DNA of 57,555 nucleotides from a virus (Duplodnaviria; Caudoviricetes): the IMG/VR virus record IMGVR_UViG_3300025723_001287, positions 1 to 57,555 of that record. The stretch is one strand, 5' to 3'. Each line of letters starts with the position of its first letter. Position 1 is the first letter of the stretch. The notes beneath the pieces were generated by a model. It had not been told where the DNA came from. It saw nothing but the letters and a program-made list of their open reading frames with translations, and did not search any database. The translations under genes were made by a program, and so were the position numbers. Below are positions 28,499 through 38,329 of the stretch, one piece after another.

Positions 28499-29309
28499 GT
28501 GTTAACTCAATGTAATACAAACCAACGTCATCTCTTGAATATTCTTTGTTAGGAAATATTCCCGTTACCGTTAGTTCAGAATCTTTGATAAATGGTAGGA
28601 ATGTATCTAGAGAAGATCCGTGTTTATTTTCTTGTAACAAAATTACACCATCATGTGCAAGATGGTTTTTAATATTGTTAAAAAAGTTCTTGTGTGCTTG
28701 CCAATTTAGATCTACATTAATTCGCATACCGTGTTTGTCCGTTGAATGAAAGTATGCGGGATTTTCAAAATGCGGAGGATTAGCTACTACAAGATCAAAT
28801 ATTTCGTAGTCTGGTAAACATGATAACTCGCCTCCTAAATATGCGGTTCCTGTACAGTTATTATATTTGATAGACTCTTTAACGCAATCAATTGCAGGTT
28901 TGTAAATATCAGAAAAACATACAGAATTGCACAATTTGTTTCCTAATAATGAAAAACCAATAAATCCAGGACCCGAACACCATTCGTAACATTTTTTAAA
29001 AATTCTGTCTTTATACCTAGACCGAATGATATCTAAATAATACGAAGACTGAATTATACCTCCACCATATAGCGCATTTTCATAAAACACTTTGATAGAT
29101 CCTGTGCTGAATATTTTTTTGCTGGTAAAGCTATAAAAAACATTTATAATTTTTTCAGCTATGTCTTTTGGGTATTCATCAAAAGGGGTGCTGGTAATGG
29201 ATGTTGGGTTAACGTAATCCGGCCAACCTGGTTCTTTAGCTAGATTGTACGCAAGTTTCCATTCATCTTGACTAATTTTTTCACTAATGAGATTGTAATC
29301 TATATGCAT
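28488..29309 (-). CDS. PrmC/HemK-like N-methyltransferase
   Basis: EWCSGPGFIG motif I, SDI, FDLVVANPPHF; start 29309 after TATAAATA. Confidence 0.75.
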   Translation of the reverse strand: MHIDYNLISEKISQDEWKLAYNLAKEPGWPDYVNPTSITSTPFDEYPKDIAEKIINVFYSFTSKKIFSTGSIKVFYENALYGGGIIQSSYYLDIIRSRYKDRIFKKCYEWCSGPGFIGFSLLGNKLCNSVCFSDIYKPAIDCVKESIKYNNCTGTAYLGGELSCLPDYEIFDLVVANPPHFENPAYFHSTDKHGMRINVDLNWQAHKNFFNNIKNHLAHDGVILLQENKHGSSLDTFLPFIKDSELTVTGIFPNKEYSRDDVGLYYIELTHAT

Positions 29310-29314
29310 AGAAA

Positions 29315-29344
29315 TATTTATAGTGTAAAAGTAGCATATAAATA
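29315..29344. promoter_or_regulatory. Back-to-back T4-late-like promoters
   Basis: Minus strand TATAAATA-TTTCT-ATG and plus strand TATAAATA-TTTC-ATG, forming an inverted repeat. Confidence 0.7.
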
Positions 29345-29348
29345 TTTC

Positions 29349-30014
29349 ATGCTCATCCCTACACAATATACTATAGATCCAAAACTATTTCAAGAGGCTT
29401 GTCGTCAATTGCCTGAAGCCGGAATGAAGACAACTATTAATAAACCAACTGGTGATTTCTTTTATGATTCTTGGGTACTAAAGGACGAGTACAAAGGAAC
29501 CATTTGGGAAACCATTTATAACTCATTACCTGTTACCAAAGGTGAAGCAAGAATAATCATTTTGGATCCTAATCAATGCTATCAAAGACATGCTGATATA
29601 GATGATAGATATCATTTGAATATATTGGGTGAGAACTGTTATCTAATTGATCTAGTAAGAGATATAATGCATCCATTGGCGCAGGATGGCATATGGTATG
29701 ACATGGATGCCAGCTTCTTACACACAGCGGCTAACTTTGGGCGTCGTGCTAGAGTACAGTTAGTTGTTAGAAAACTATTGAAAAAGAATCGATTAAAAAA
29801 TCCCGTTGACATAGCCGTAACTACTACGATGTCAAACGCAGATCATGCTAGACACATATTTGACAACACAGTTAGTCCTTGGCTCAATGACGCCAACAAG
29901 GCCGGATATATAACCAATTTTAATTATTCATCTATTGTTGTTAAATTTAGTATAGAACAAGATATGTTAGATTCATTAAAACACATACTACCAGATGAGT
30001 TCAAATTAGTATGA
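29349..30014 (+). CDS. 2OG-Fe(II)/cupin-type oxygenase-like protein
   Basis: HAD...RYHL...HTAAN...RVQLV. Confidence 0.6.
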   Translation: MLIPTQYTIDPKLFQEACRQLPEAGMKTTINKPTGDFFYDSWVLKDEYKGTIWETIYNSLPVTKGEARIIILDPNQCYQRHADIDDRYHLNILGENCYLIDLVRDIMHPLAQDGIWYDMDASFLHTAANFGRRARVQLVVRKLLKKNRLKNPVDIAVTTTMSNADHARHIFDNTVSPWLNDANKAGYITNFNYSSIVVKFSIEQDMLDSLKHILPDEFKLV

Positions 30015-30559
30015 AAGCAACGTTCATTGGAAATTGTAACACTATAAATTGGCAGGCATTAATAGATGAACTGCAAAATAAGGATGGGGATGTTAGATCA
30101 TACGGTGGAAACTTTTATCATAATGACGATGGAAGATTTGATGAAATTATAAACTTATGGAAGACTGCTGGATATGATAAATCAGGAACTGTTGAATGGA
30201 TTAATTATTATCCAGGTAAACATTTCGATGCTTCTGTAATTAAGCAATTTGAAGAATATACTAATACTGAATGTATTAGAGCTTGGATAAGTAAAGTACG
30301 TCCGGGCAGATATGCACCATATCACAAGGACATAGATGATGATGAAGAACTATATCTTGCTAGGGGCGAATTAGTTCGATATACAGCACACCCGAGTATA
30401 TCGGAAAAGGGTCAAGTGTTCATAGTAGAAGATTCTGTTCTTCATTTAGAAGAACAGGGAAATGTATATCAATGGCCCAGCTATCGTGCATACCATGCTG
30501 GAGGTAACTGTAGTTTTAAACCTAAATTTTTGTTTAACTTTCTAGGAATTAAAAAATGA
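30011..30559 (+). CDS. 2OG-Fe(II) oxygenase-like (AspH-related)
   Basis: WISKVRPG..APYHKD...YHAGGN. Confidence 0.65.
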   Translation: MKATFIGNCNTINWQALIDELQNKDGDVRSYGGNFYHNDDGRFDEIINLWKTAGYDKSGTVEWINYYPGKHFDASVIKQFEEYTNTECIRAWISKVRPGRYAPYHKDIDDDEELYLARGELVRYTAHPSISEKGQVFIVEDSVLHLEEQGNVYQWPSYRAYHAGGNCSFKPKFLFNFLGIKK

Positions 30560-31089
30560 AATTTATCGGTAATAGTTTAGAAGCAATATACTGGCCCGAG
30601 ATTCTTAAAGAATTAAAAAAACAACAAGGACGATTTAGGGGTAGTAATCAACAAGATGATATTCACCACAACTCTAAAGTGTCGGCTCTACGAGATATCT
30701 GGATTGAGGCTGGCTACGATGGAGACCATTCAGTTGGTTGGTTAGATTATGATCTACCAAAAGAAATCGTAGAGGACTTTGCTAATTGGCTAGGAGTTAT
30801 TCCTATTGCAGGGTGGGTCACTAGTGTGCCTCCAGGGTTTGTAGTCCCGTGGCATGTTGATTATACTGATGATGAAGACCAACTAACAAGCAATGGCATA
30901 GTTTTAAGATATACTTGCCACATTTGCGAACCAAAGTGGGGACAAGTTTTAGTATTAGAAGATCACCCATTTCATATGGAAGAACAGGGTAATGTATATC
31001 AGTGGACAGATTGGCAAGATTGGCATGGCGGAATGAACATGGGTTTAGAGCCTAAATTTTTATTTAATTTTATGGGATATGCAAAATGA
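30556..31089 (+). CDS. 2OG-Fe(II) oxygenase-like, tandem paralog of previous gene
   Basis: WVTSVPPG..VPWHVD...WHGGMN; shares EEQGNVYQW and PKFLFNF. Confidence 0.65.
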   Translation: MKFIGNSLEAIYWPEILKELKKQQGRFRGSNQQDDIHHNSKVSALRDIWIEAGYDGDHSVGWLDYDLPKEIVEDFANWLGVIPIAGWVTSVPPGFVVPWHVDYTDDEDQLTSNGIVLRYTCHICEPKWGQVLVLEDHPFHMEEQGNVYQWTDWQDWHGGMNMGLEPKFLFNFMGYAK

Positions 31090-31643
31090 CGTATTCTATT
31101 GATCTAACTATTCCAGGCGATCCACTTAACGATTATAGCATCCTAAATCAAACAGGCACTGAACCTGAAATTTGGTTCGCTAACAATAACCAAGTTAGCA
31201 ATGAGTTTAGAGATTGGTTAGACAGTTTAGGTCTAGTCATGACCTATCCTCCTTTAATTTTTTATACACCTCCTGGACAGCAGTGCGGTATACACATCGA
31301 TGGATATGAGATTAGTGACAGAGCGTGTGTTAATTTTATAGTTGGCGGGGAAGGCAGTCTAATGCATTGGTATAAATTAAAACAGATTGTTGCCATTCCT
31401 GAACAAGTGGAAACACAAGCAGGTACACCTTATACATTATATAGACCAGAGCAAGTAGAACATGTATATTCTCATGCGGTTAAATGGCCTAGTATTGTAC
31501 AGACAGGCGAACCTCATAATATTACAAACCATACACAAGGACCGCGTTGGTGTATTAGTTGTGATATAAGTAAAAAAGAAAATCCAGAAAGCGGATTAAC
31601 ATGGGATGAGGCTGTGGAGGTTTTTAAAAAATGGATATCTTAG
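31086..31643 (+). CDS. 2OG-Fe(II)/cupin-type oxygenase-like protein
   Basis: GIHID...PHNI...RWCIS. Confidence 0.6.
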   Translation: MTYSIDLTIPGDPLNDYSILNQTGTEPEIWFANNNQVSNEFRDWLDSLGLVMTYPPLIFYTPPGQQCGIHIDGYEISDRACVNFIVGGEGSLMHWYKLKQIVAIPEQVETQAGTPYTLYRPEQVEHVYSHAVKWPSIVQTGEPHNITNHTQGPRWCISCDISKKENPESGLTWDEAVEVFKKWIS

Positions 31644-32281
31644 AACAAGCTAGACTGATTTTAAAAAAAACCGAAATACCCTGGATTGAATTAGATATAA
31701 AATTTGATGTTGATGTATGGAAACAACAGATATTAGAAGTAGAACCTTTTTATCAAGAATATAGAGAAAGCAATAGTGAAGGTTGGTCTAGCTGTTGTTT
31801 GCATGGACTGTCTGTAGACAAACCATATACAGCCGATAATTATGGATATGATGAGTATAAGGCACCATACTTATATACAGATTTGGCTTATAAAACTCCT
31901 ATCATTACAGACTTTTGGAAAAATCAATTTCCAGCAGAACGTTATACTAGAATTAGATTCATGAAATTAAATCCGGGCGGGTTTATAGATTGGCACAATG
32001 ATGGCCAACTCCCCGATGGTGTAGATCCGTTAGACGTAGCGTTACCTATTAATCTAGCTGTGTTACATCCGGGTAACTGTACAATGAAAATTGAAGATAA
32101 GGTAGTACCCTGGGAAGAAGGTAAAGTCTTTATGTTAAATGTAAGCAAAAATCATGCGGTGTTTAATCATAGCAGTAAACCTAGAATTCATATGATTGCT
32201 AACATTATATTGGGCAACAGGAAAACAGAATTTGCTGAAATGCTTGTAAGATGTTATAATAAAACTTATGATCAAATTTAA
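31631..32281 (+). CDS. Aspartyl/asparaginyl beta-hydroxylase-like 2OG oxygenase
   Basis: RIRFMKLNPGGFIDWHND...HAVFN..SKPRIHM. Confidence 0.75.
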   Translation: MDILEQARLILKKTEIPWIELDIKFDVDVWKQQILEVEPFYQEYRESNSEGWSSCCLHGLSVDKPYTADNYGYDEYKAPYLYTDLAYKTPIITDFWKNQFPAERYTRIRFMKLNPGGFIDWHNDGQLPDGVDPLDVALPINLAVLHPGNCTMKIEDKVVPWEEGKVFMLNVSKNHAVFNHSSKPRIHMIANIILGNRKTEFAEMLVRCYNKTYDQI

Positions 32282-33602
32282 TAGCACTAATTTTCCATCC
32301 AATAAAATTGTTTATATAATTTTAGATAGAACATATACTTGCCAAAATTCTTGGACTGCTGAACTTGTGAAAAATTTAAGTGATTACGTATTAAGTAATA
32401 TCCTTGTCAAAGGTTACAATGTATTACAAGGTATAGACGAAGATTCTCTTTTAAAAGAAGCAAGCAACAAATATGAGTATGCGGTGGTACTATCTACTGG
32501 CACAGAATTTATAAATGGTAATGCGTTTTTTAAACTAGTAGAAGAGTATGTATTACATGCTAAAGATTTTTTCTTAATGGGTCATATACCTGATAGAGAT
32601 GATGGCTACTATGAATTGCATGAACAATGCTACTTAATTAATCTTAAAAAATATAAAAAATTAAATTATCCAACAATTGGTGAATTTGAATTTTATTCTT
32701 CCCACACTCAAGTTGAACCAGTTCGTAGTCCTTACAACATTCATGATGATTACACTCCTGTCTGGGTTAGATGGGGAGAACGCGAGCGAAAATATAAACA
32801 CAAGTGGCATGGTTGGAATATATTAAGTGTGGCATTTGCTAATCAAGAAAATGTCCAAGTGTTTAGTGAAGATTTTAGAAATAATAAAAAATACTATTAC
32901 CCGAATTATGAACCGGCATTCATTCCAGCCAGTTCATATCTGTATGGAAAATATAGTGTTGCTAGCCAAACTTTGTTTTATCCTTATAATACAGAAAAAT
33001 TATCAAAAGTTAAATTTCAAGGCCCAATCCGTCAACTAGTGATACAGGCTAGCGGACTGCAATGGTATAGTTATTTGTTAGAGCATGGCTATGACCAAAA
33101 TACAGTTGTGAGATTTGTTGATTATAATTTGTTTGCATTAGAATGTATGCAATACCTTATAGTATCTTGGGATGGTACAACTGACTATTTAGAATTAATT
33201 CAACTGTATGCTAACACTAGAGCATCGTTGGTCGGAAAGGATGGAGCTGATTGGCTATCTATAACAGATGTTAAACAAGATATCGACATTGATAAATGGT
33301 TAGACATACAGCGTACAGTTAAATTTGAATATAGGCATGAAGATATCGTTCTTGATACATCGTTGAACGTTAATAAATGGATTGATAATTTACCTAATAC
33401 AATTATTCATTTAAGTCATATTTTTAATTATGATCCTGCTTCAACGTTTGTATCACTTAAATATAGAATATACAGTGAACGAATACTTTTAGAAAAATTA
33501 AAAAAATATGTACCTGACGCTACTGTTATTATGATAGGTAAAGTATCTGAAAATGTACAGTACCCGACATGGCATATGAATGGTGATCTAAATGGAATTT
33601 AA
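32268..33602 (+). CDS. Hypothetical protein
   Basis: 444-aa coupled ORF; GHIPD, YYELHEQC, HDDYTP; function not recognised. Confidence 0.7.
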   Translation: MIKFNSTNFPSNKIVYIILDRTYTCQNSWTAELVKNLSDYVLSNILVKGYNVLQGIDEDSLLKEASNKYEYAVVLSTGTEFINGNAFFKLVEEYVLHAKDFFLMGHIPDRDDGYYELHEQCYLINLKKYKKLNYPTIGEFEFYSSHTQVEPVRSPYNIHDDYTPVWVRWGERERKYKHKWHGWNILSVAFANQENVQVFSEDFRNNKKYYYPNYEPAFIPASSYLYGKYSVASQTLFYPYNTEKLSKVKFQGPIRQLVIQASGLQWYSYLLEHGYDQNTVVRFVDYNLFALECMQYLIVSWDGTTDYLELIQLYANTRASLVGKDGADWLSITDVKQDIDIDKWLDIQRTVKFEYRHEDIVLDTSLNVNKWIDNLPNTIIHLSHIFNYDPASTFVSLKYRIYSERILLEKLKKYVPDATVIMIGKVSENVQYPTWHMNGDLNGI

Positions 33603-34203
33603 AAAAATTGCTATCACCGGGCATACTAGCGGTATTGGTAAGGGGCTATATAATTATTTTGTAAACAAAGGTTGCACCGTTGACGGGTTCAGTCGATCGA
33701 ACGGATTTGATATTAGCATCGATGACAATCTTGAAAAAATTGTATATCTTACTAAAGATTGTGACTTGTTTATTAATAATGCGTATGCTGGATATCAACA
33801 AGTGAAACTGGCAAAATTATGGCAACAACAGCATTGGGATGACTATCATTTCATTCTTAATGTAAGTTCAGTTGCATCAGAGCCTTTAGCAAATTTATCA
33901 GAAGTAATGCCTTGGTTGTTAAAATACGGCGAAGAAAAATATTCACTTAACAAGGTCAACTGGGAAATTAACGATACCGGGTCAGTTTGCAAAAGTATTG
34001 TAGCACTGCCGGGTGTGGTTGATACTAATTTTTCTAATCCTTACGATACTGACCTTAACAATGGTGACGAACTTTTTAATTATATAAATCAATCTAACAG
34101 TATTATTACAGTAGAAGATTTTGTTAAAACTGTAGATCTTGTATTACAATCAATTAACGGTAGAAATTTTATTTCTAGTTTTACTGTACTAAATGGAGGT
34201 TGA
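33592..34203 (+). CDS. Short-chain dehydrogenase/reductase
   Basis: ITGHTSGIG, FINNA, NVSS, YxxxK (YGEEK), PGVVDT. Confidence 0.85.
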   Translation: MEFKKIAITGHTSGIGKGLYNYFVNKGCTVDGFSRSNGFDISIDDNLEKIVYLTKDCDLFINNAYAGYQQVKLAKLWQQQHWDDYHFILNVSSVASEPLANLSEVMPWLLKYGEEKYSLNKVNWEINDTGSVCKSIVALPGVVDTNFSNPYDTDLNNGDELFNYINQSNSIITVEDFVKTVDLVLQSINGRNFISSFTVLNGG

Positions 34204-34205
34204 TT

Positions 34206-34661
34206 ATGATGGTTGATATTAATAAGGAATTGGCAAATAATCAAAATATTAAAAATTGGATTGCTCGGATAAGTTGTCCTAATACTAGTTTAGGTGGAAT
34301 GCCGGTATGTCCGTTTGCTAACAACAGCGAATTAACCATAGTCGAAACCGACGGTAGCGATATAAATCCTCCTCCTTGGGATTTTGATCTTATTGTATAC
34401 AATCTTCCAGATCATTACACAGTTGAAGAACTTAGCGATCTAGCCAAAGAATATAACAAGATACATCCAGACATGGTATTTTTACCCGACCATAAAGATA
34501 GAAAAACATTTATTAATGGGGTACAAACTAACAATGGCGTGAATAATCTTATTTTGTGTCAATGGAGAGATAATTTAGAAAATGCTAGAAGTAAACTAAA
34601 AAACACTAAGTATTACACATACTGGGATGCAGACTATTTGAAAGAGATACTAAATGTATAA
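34206..34661 (+). CDS. Hypothetical protein (CPFA motif)
   Basis: LGGMPVCPFA...L..AR..L..TKYY.YW. Confidence 0.6.
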   Translation: MMVDINKELANNQNIKNWIARISCPNTSLGGMPVCPFANNSELTIVETDGSDINPPPWDFDLIVYNLPDHYTVEELSDLAKEYNKIHPDMVFLPDHKDRKTFINGVQTNNGVNNLILCQWRDNLENARSKLKNTKYYTYWDADYLKEILNV

Positions 34662-35226
34662 TATTGAACCAATATTTCCTCAATATATTTTAAATGGGAT
34701 TCTTCCCGATTGGGAGAAATGTCAAGAAGAATTAATGACTGTGATTGTAGCTGAGACAAATTCTATTTTAGACATACACGATAACCACGTTAGTAATAAA
34801 TTTATATCTCAAAACATACTTGATAAGTGTCCTTTAACAAAATTGCATATTGAAAGTTTTTTAAAAGAATATTCTAATAATTTAAATATAGAACCTTTAA
34901 TAATCTCCGATAGTTGGATTACAGAATATTCTAAACAGGATTATATCGTGCCGCATAATCATCTCCCTAAATTTGTATCCGGTGTTGTATTTGTTAAACA
35001 AAGCCAAACTGGCGGATACTTTTATTTTGAAAATCCTCTTGAAGATGTAGATAATATCACGCAACATAACAAATACTTAAACAACATTAACCTACATCAG
35101 AGAGTACACATGTTTCAACCAACAGAAGGTCAAATTATTATTTTTAAATCATTAATGAGGCACGGAACTACTCCGGTTCTTTCGGATGATACTCGATATT
35201 CATTGGCATTTAATGCAAAGTTTTAA
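34654..35226 (+). CDS. 2OG-Fe(II) oxygenase (TIGR02466-like)
   Basis: SW...PHNH...SGVVF...FENP...RHGT...RYSLAFN. Confidence 0.8.
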   Translation: MYNIEPIFPQYILNGILPDWEKCQEELMTVIVAETNSILDIHDNHVSNKFISQNILDKCPLTKLHIESFLKEYSNNLNIEPLIISDSWITEYSKQDYIVPHNHLPKFVSGVVFVKQSQTGGYFYFENPLEDVDNITQHNKYLNNINLHQRVHMFQPTEGQIIIFKSLMRHGTTPVLSDDTRYSLAFNAKF

Positions 35227-35229
35227 ATT

Positions 35230-36714
35230 ATGAATCATGCTGTTATTTTTAATATACACACATTTGGTCCTAGAAGACCTGCAGGTGCGTATCGAATAGC
35301 ATCTTTTTTAAGAGAGCACGACTGGGATATTGAGGTAATTGAATATGCTAATAGATTTTCTATTGAAGAATTACAAGAAGTAGCTAGAAGTAGAATCACT
35401 AGTAGCACTGTATTTTTTGGCTTTAGTCCTTTTCTACAAACATGGGAAGATAAATTTAAAAAATTTACAGCCTGGCTTAAAAAAACTTATCCAACTGTTA
35501 AATTAATAATAGGTAGTCAAGCTCGTCCTCGAATTGAAGACAGTAACATTGATTATTTTATTACAGGCTACGGCGAAAAAGCTACACTTGCATTATTACA
35601 AAGCATTACTGGCAATACCTCAGTACCAGTTGCATTTGATCCTAAATATTTTGGTTCTAAAAAGGTAATAACAGCCAATGACTCGTACCCATCATATCCT
35701 ATGAACTCTTTAATGATCAAGTATGAGGACCGAGATTATATACAGCCTTGGGAATGGTTAACCATAGAACTTACTAGAGGATGCAAATTTAAATGTTCCT
35801 TTTGTAATTTTCCAGTACTAGGAGTAAAAGGTGATTACAGTAGAGATGCAGAAGATTTTGAAATACAACTGAAAGATGCATATGATAGATTTGGAACTAA
35901 AAATTATTATATAACAGATGAGACCTTTAATGACTATACAGAAAAAGTTACAAAGTATGCAGATGTAGTAGATCGGTTACCGTGGAAACCCTACTTCACT
36001 GCATTTATTAGAGCAGATTTATTAGTATCAAGACGTAATGAATGGGACGAATTAATCCGTATGGGAGTGTTTGGACATTTTTACGGAGTCGAAACAATGA
36101 ATCATGCTAGTGGTAAAGCCATCGGTAAAGGAATGAGCCCAGATAAACTTATGCCTGGACTAGTTAACGTCAAAGAACATTTTTTAAAACACGGGTCTTA
36201 CCGCGGAGAAATATCTTTAATTGCCGGCCTACCTCACGAAACACCAGAAACTTTACAAAAAACTTTTAAATGGATTGAAGATAATTGGCAGGGGCAAGCC
36301 GCTAATATGTGGCCTTTAGAAATACCTATTAATCCTACTACTGATGCGCTGTCTTTTATGTCAGCAAATTATAAAGATTTTGGCTATAGAGAATCATCTA
36401 AACCGTATCCAATATTTAAAGATCCTAATGACCACGAAATCGTTAATAACGAAACAATTCAGCACGGGTTTTCAAATTTAAATTGGGAAAATGATTACAT
36501 GGATTTTACTGAGGCTTCTAATATTACAACTGCTTGGTATGAAAAAGTAGGTAACAAGGAACTAGATTTAAGATGGAGTCCATTTTCAGTAGGCGATTTT
36601 TGGGATAAGAGTATAGATGAGTTTATGCGTATGCACCAGTATGATTTTAATTTGAATGATAATCACATAATTAAGTCTTACATTAATAAAAAATTAAACA
36701 GGGATAACAAATGA
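35230..36714 (+). CDS. Cobalamin-binding (class B-like) radical SAM protein
   Basis: GAYRIASFL, FGFS, GYGE, TRGCKFKCSFC, DETFND, GVET, IAGLPHET. Confidence 0.85.
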   Translation: MNHAVIFNIHTFGPRRPAGAYRIASFLREHDWDIEVIEYANRFSIEELQEVARSRITSSTVFFGFSPFLQTWEDKFKKFTAWLKKTYPTVKLIIGSQARPRIEDSNIDYFITGYGEKATLALLQSITGNTSVPVAFDPKYFGSKKVITANDSYPSYPMNSLMIKYEDRDYIQPWEWLTIELTRGCKFKCSFCNFPVLGVKGDYSRDAEDFEIQLKDAYDRFGTKNYYITDETFNDYTEKVTKYADVVDRLPWKPYFTAFIRADLLVSRRNEWDELIRMGVFGHFYGVETMNHASGKAIGKGMSPDKLMPGLVNVKEHFLKHGSYRGEISLIAGLPHETPETLQKTFKWIEDNWQGQAANMWPLEIPINPTTDALSFMSANYKDFGYRESSKPYPIFKDPNDHEIVNNETIQHGFSNLNWENDYMDFTEASNITTAWYEKVGNKELDLRWSPFSVGDFWDKSIDEFMRMHQYDFNLNDNHIIKSYINKKLNRDNK

Positions 36715-37289
36715 ATATTGTTAATTTATTTCCTCAAGCAGTACTAGAAACACAACTAGAAAATTGGGACCAATGCCGTGAAGAAATTTTTAAACAGGTC
36801 GAGTTATCTTCAGGCGATATCGAATTTTCAAACGATATTGTGTTAGCTAGTAATTCATTCATATCAACAAACATATTAAAAAAATGTCCAATAACTACCG
36901 CGCAGTTAAATGCAAATTTACAACAGTATGCAGACACAATCGGTGTGGAATCTTTAAAAATTTGTGATAGTTGGGTTAGCAAATATGAATATAACGAATA
37001 CCTTTCTACGCACAGGCATTCTCCAAAACATGTTTCAGGGGTAATATTTTTAACTGATGGGTTCCAAGGAGGAGATTTTTATTTCGAAAATCCTGTTGTA
37101 GATTTGGACCATATTTTGCTTAATGAACACTATGCTAAATTCAATTCATATAATGAACCACTACATGTCATTAAACCAATCATGGGGAAATTAATTATTT
37201 TTAGATCCTTGTTAAGTCATGGTACTACTCCATTATCTTCAAATACAATAAGATATTCTTTGGCATTTAATGCAATGGTGGGAAAATGA
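36711..37289 (+). CDS. 2OG-Fe(II) oxygenase (TIGR02466-like)
   Basis: SW...THRH...SGVIF...FENP...SHGT...RYSLAFN; paralog of 34654. Confidence 0.8.
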   Translation: MNIVNLFPQAVLETQLENWDQCREEIFKQVELSSGDIEFSNDIVLASNSFISTNILKKCPITTAQLNANLQQYADTIGVESLKICDSWVSKYEYNEYLSTHRHSPKHVSGVIFLTDGFQGGDFYFENPVVDLDHILLNEHYAKFNSYNEPLHVIKPIMGKLIIFRSLLSHGTTPLSSNTIRYSLAFNAMVGK

Positions 37290-38329
37290 GTATTTGGACA
37301 AACTGGGATCCTCTAAAAGAAGTTATAGTAGGAAATTGTCTTGCAGGTAATACTAAAAGCAAGCTCGATGTAATTTTAGAAGAGACTAAGGAAGATTTAG
37401 ACAATCTTGAAACCTATCTAACTAAACTAGGTGTGCGAGTGCATCGTCCAATAGTCACTGCATACCTAGCAGATATCGATCTTGGAAATTTTAATGTACA
37501 CAATGCCACGGCACCGATTGTGCCACGTGATCAATATCTAGTATACGGTAATACTGTTTATCAAACATACACTAGTATGCCTGATAGATATTTGGATAGT
37601 GTTAATTACTATCATATTTTTAAAGAACTGTATGACAGAGGTCTTAATTGGATTAGTCAGCCACCCCCTATACTTAAAAATTTAGAAGATAAATGGTGGG
37701 CCGATGGTCCTACGATCTATGATGAAAAGTTAAAAGATAATTTACTTTGGCATACAGCAACTATGCTTAAATGCGGTGACAAATTAATTACAAATACTAA
37801 AGGCCCTGGTAATGCTAACGGGATAGAATGGATGAAACGTAATCTACCAACAGACACTATTGTAGACGTTGGTAACACTCAGCAAGCAGGTTGGGGGCAT
37901 ATTGATCATGGATTCTTTGTAGTAGACGATGAAACTGTGTTTTGTGTAAACAAGAGATGGGTACCCGAGCCACTGAGAAACTTAAATGTTATAGAGTTAG
38001 AATCATTGTTTGAAAAGTTCGATGATACAAAATTCATAACAGATTATACTCAATCCGGTGGTAAGTTTACTGATGCATGGATAGATAAATGGCTTACAGA
38101 ATGGAAGGGCTACGCACAGGAGGTATTTTTTGATAGCAATGTGCTAGTTGTTGATCCTAAGAACATATTGTTTTCAAATACACAACCTCGTATATTTAAA
38201 CTAATGGAAAGTATGGGAATCAACTGCCATGTAGTTCCACAGCGCCACGGGTTATTCTGGGAAGCAGGCATTCACTGCCTTACATTAGATTTAGTCCGTG
38301 ACGGCGAGAGAAGAACGATAATCAGTTAA
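37286..38329 (+). CDS. Amidinotransferase (glycine/inosamine-phosphate amidinotransferase family)
   Basis: WDPLKEVIVG, PRD, GHID, C-terminal GIHCLTLDLVR. Confidence 0.85.
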   Translation: MSIWTNWDPLKEVIVGNCLAGNTKSKLDVILEETKEDLDNLETYLTKLGVRVHRPIVTAYLADIDLGNFNVHNATAPIVPRDQYLVYGNTVYQTYTSMPDRYLDSVNYYHIFKELYDRGLNWISQPPPILKNLEDKWWADGPTIYDEKLKDNLLWHTATMLKCGDKLITNTKGPGNANGIEWMKRNLPTDTIVDVGNTQQAGWGHIDHGFFVVDDETVFCVNKRWVPEPLRNLNVIELESLFEKFDDTKFITDYTQSGGKFTDAWIDKWLTEWKGYAQEVFFDSNVLVVDPKNILFSNTQPRIFKLMESMGINCHVVPQRHGLFWEAGIHCLTLDLVRDGERRTIIS

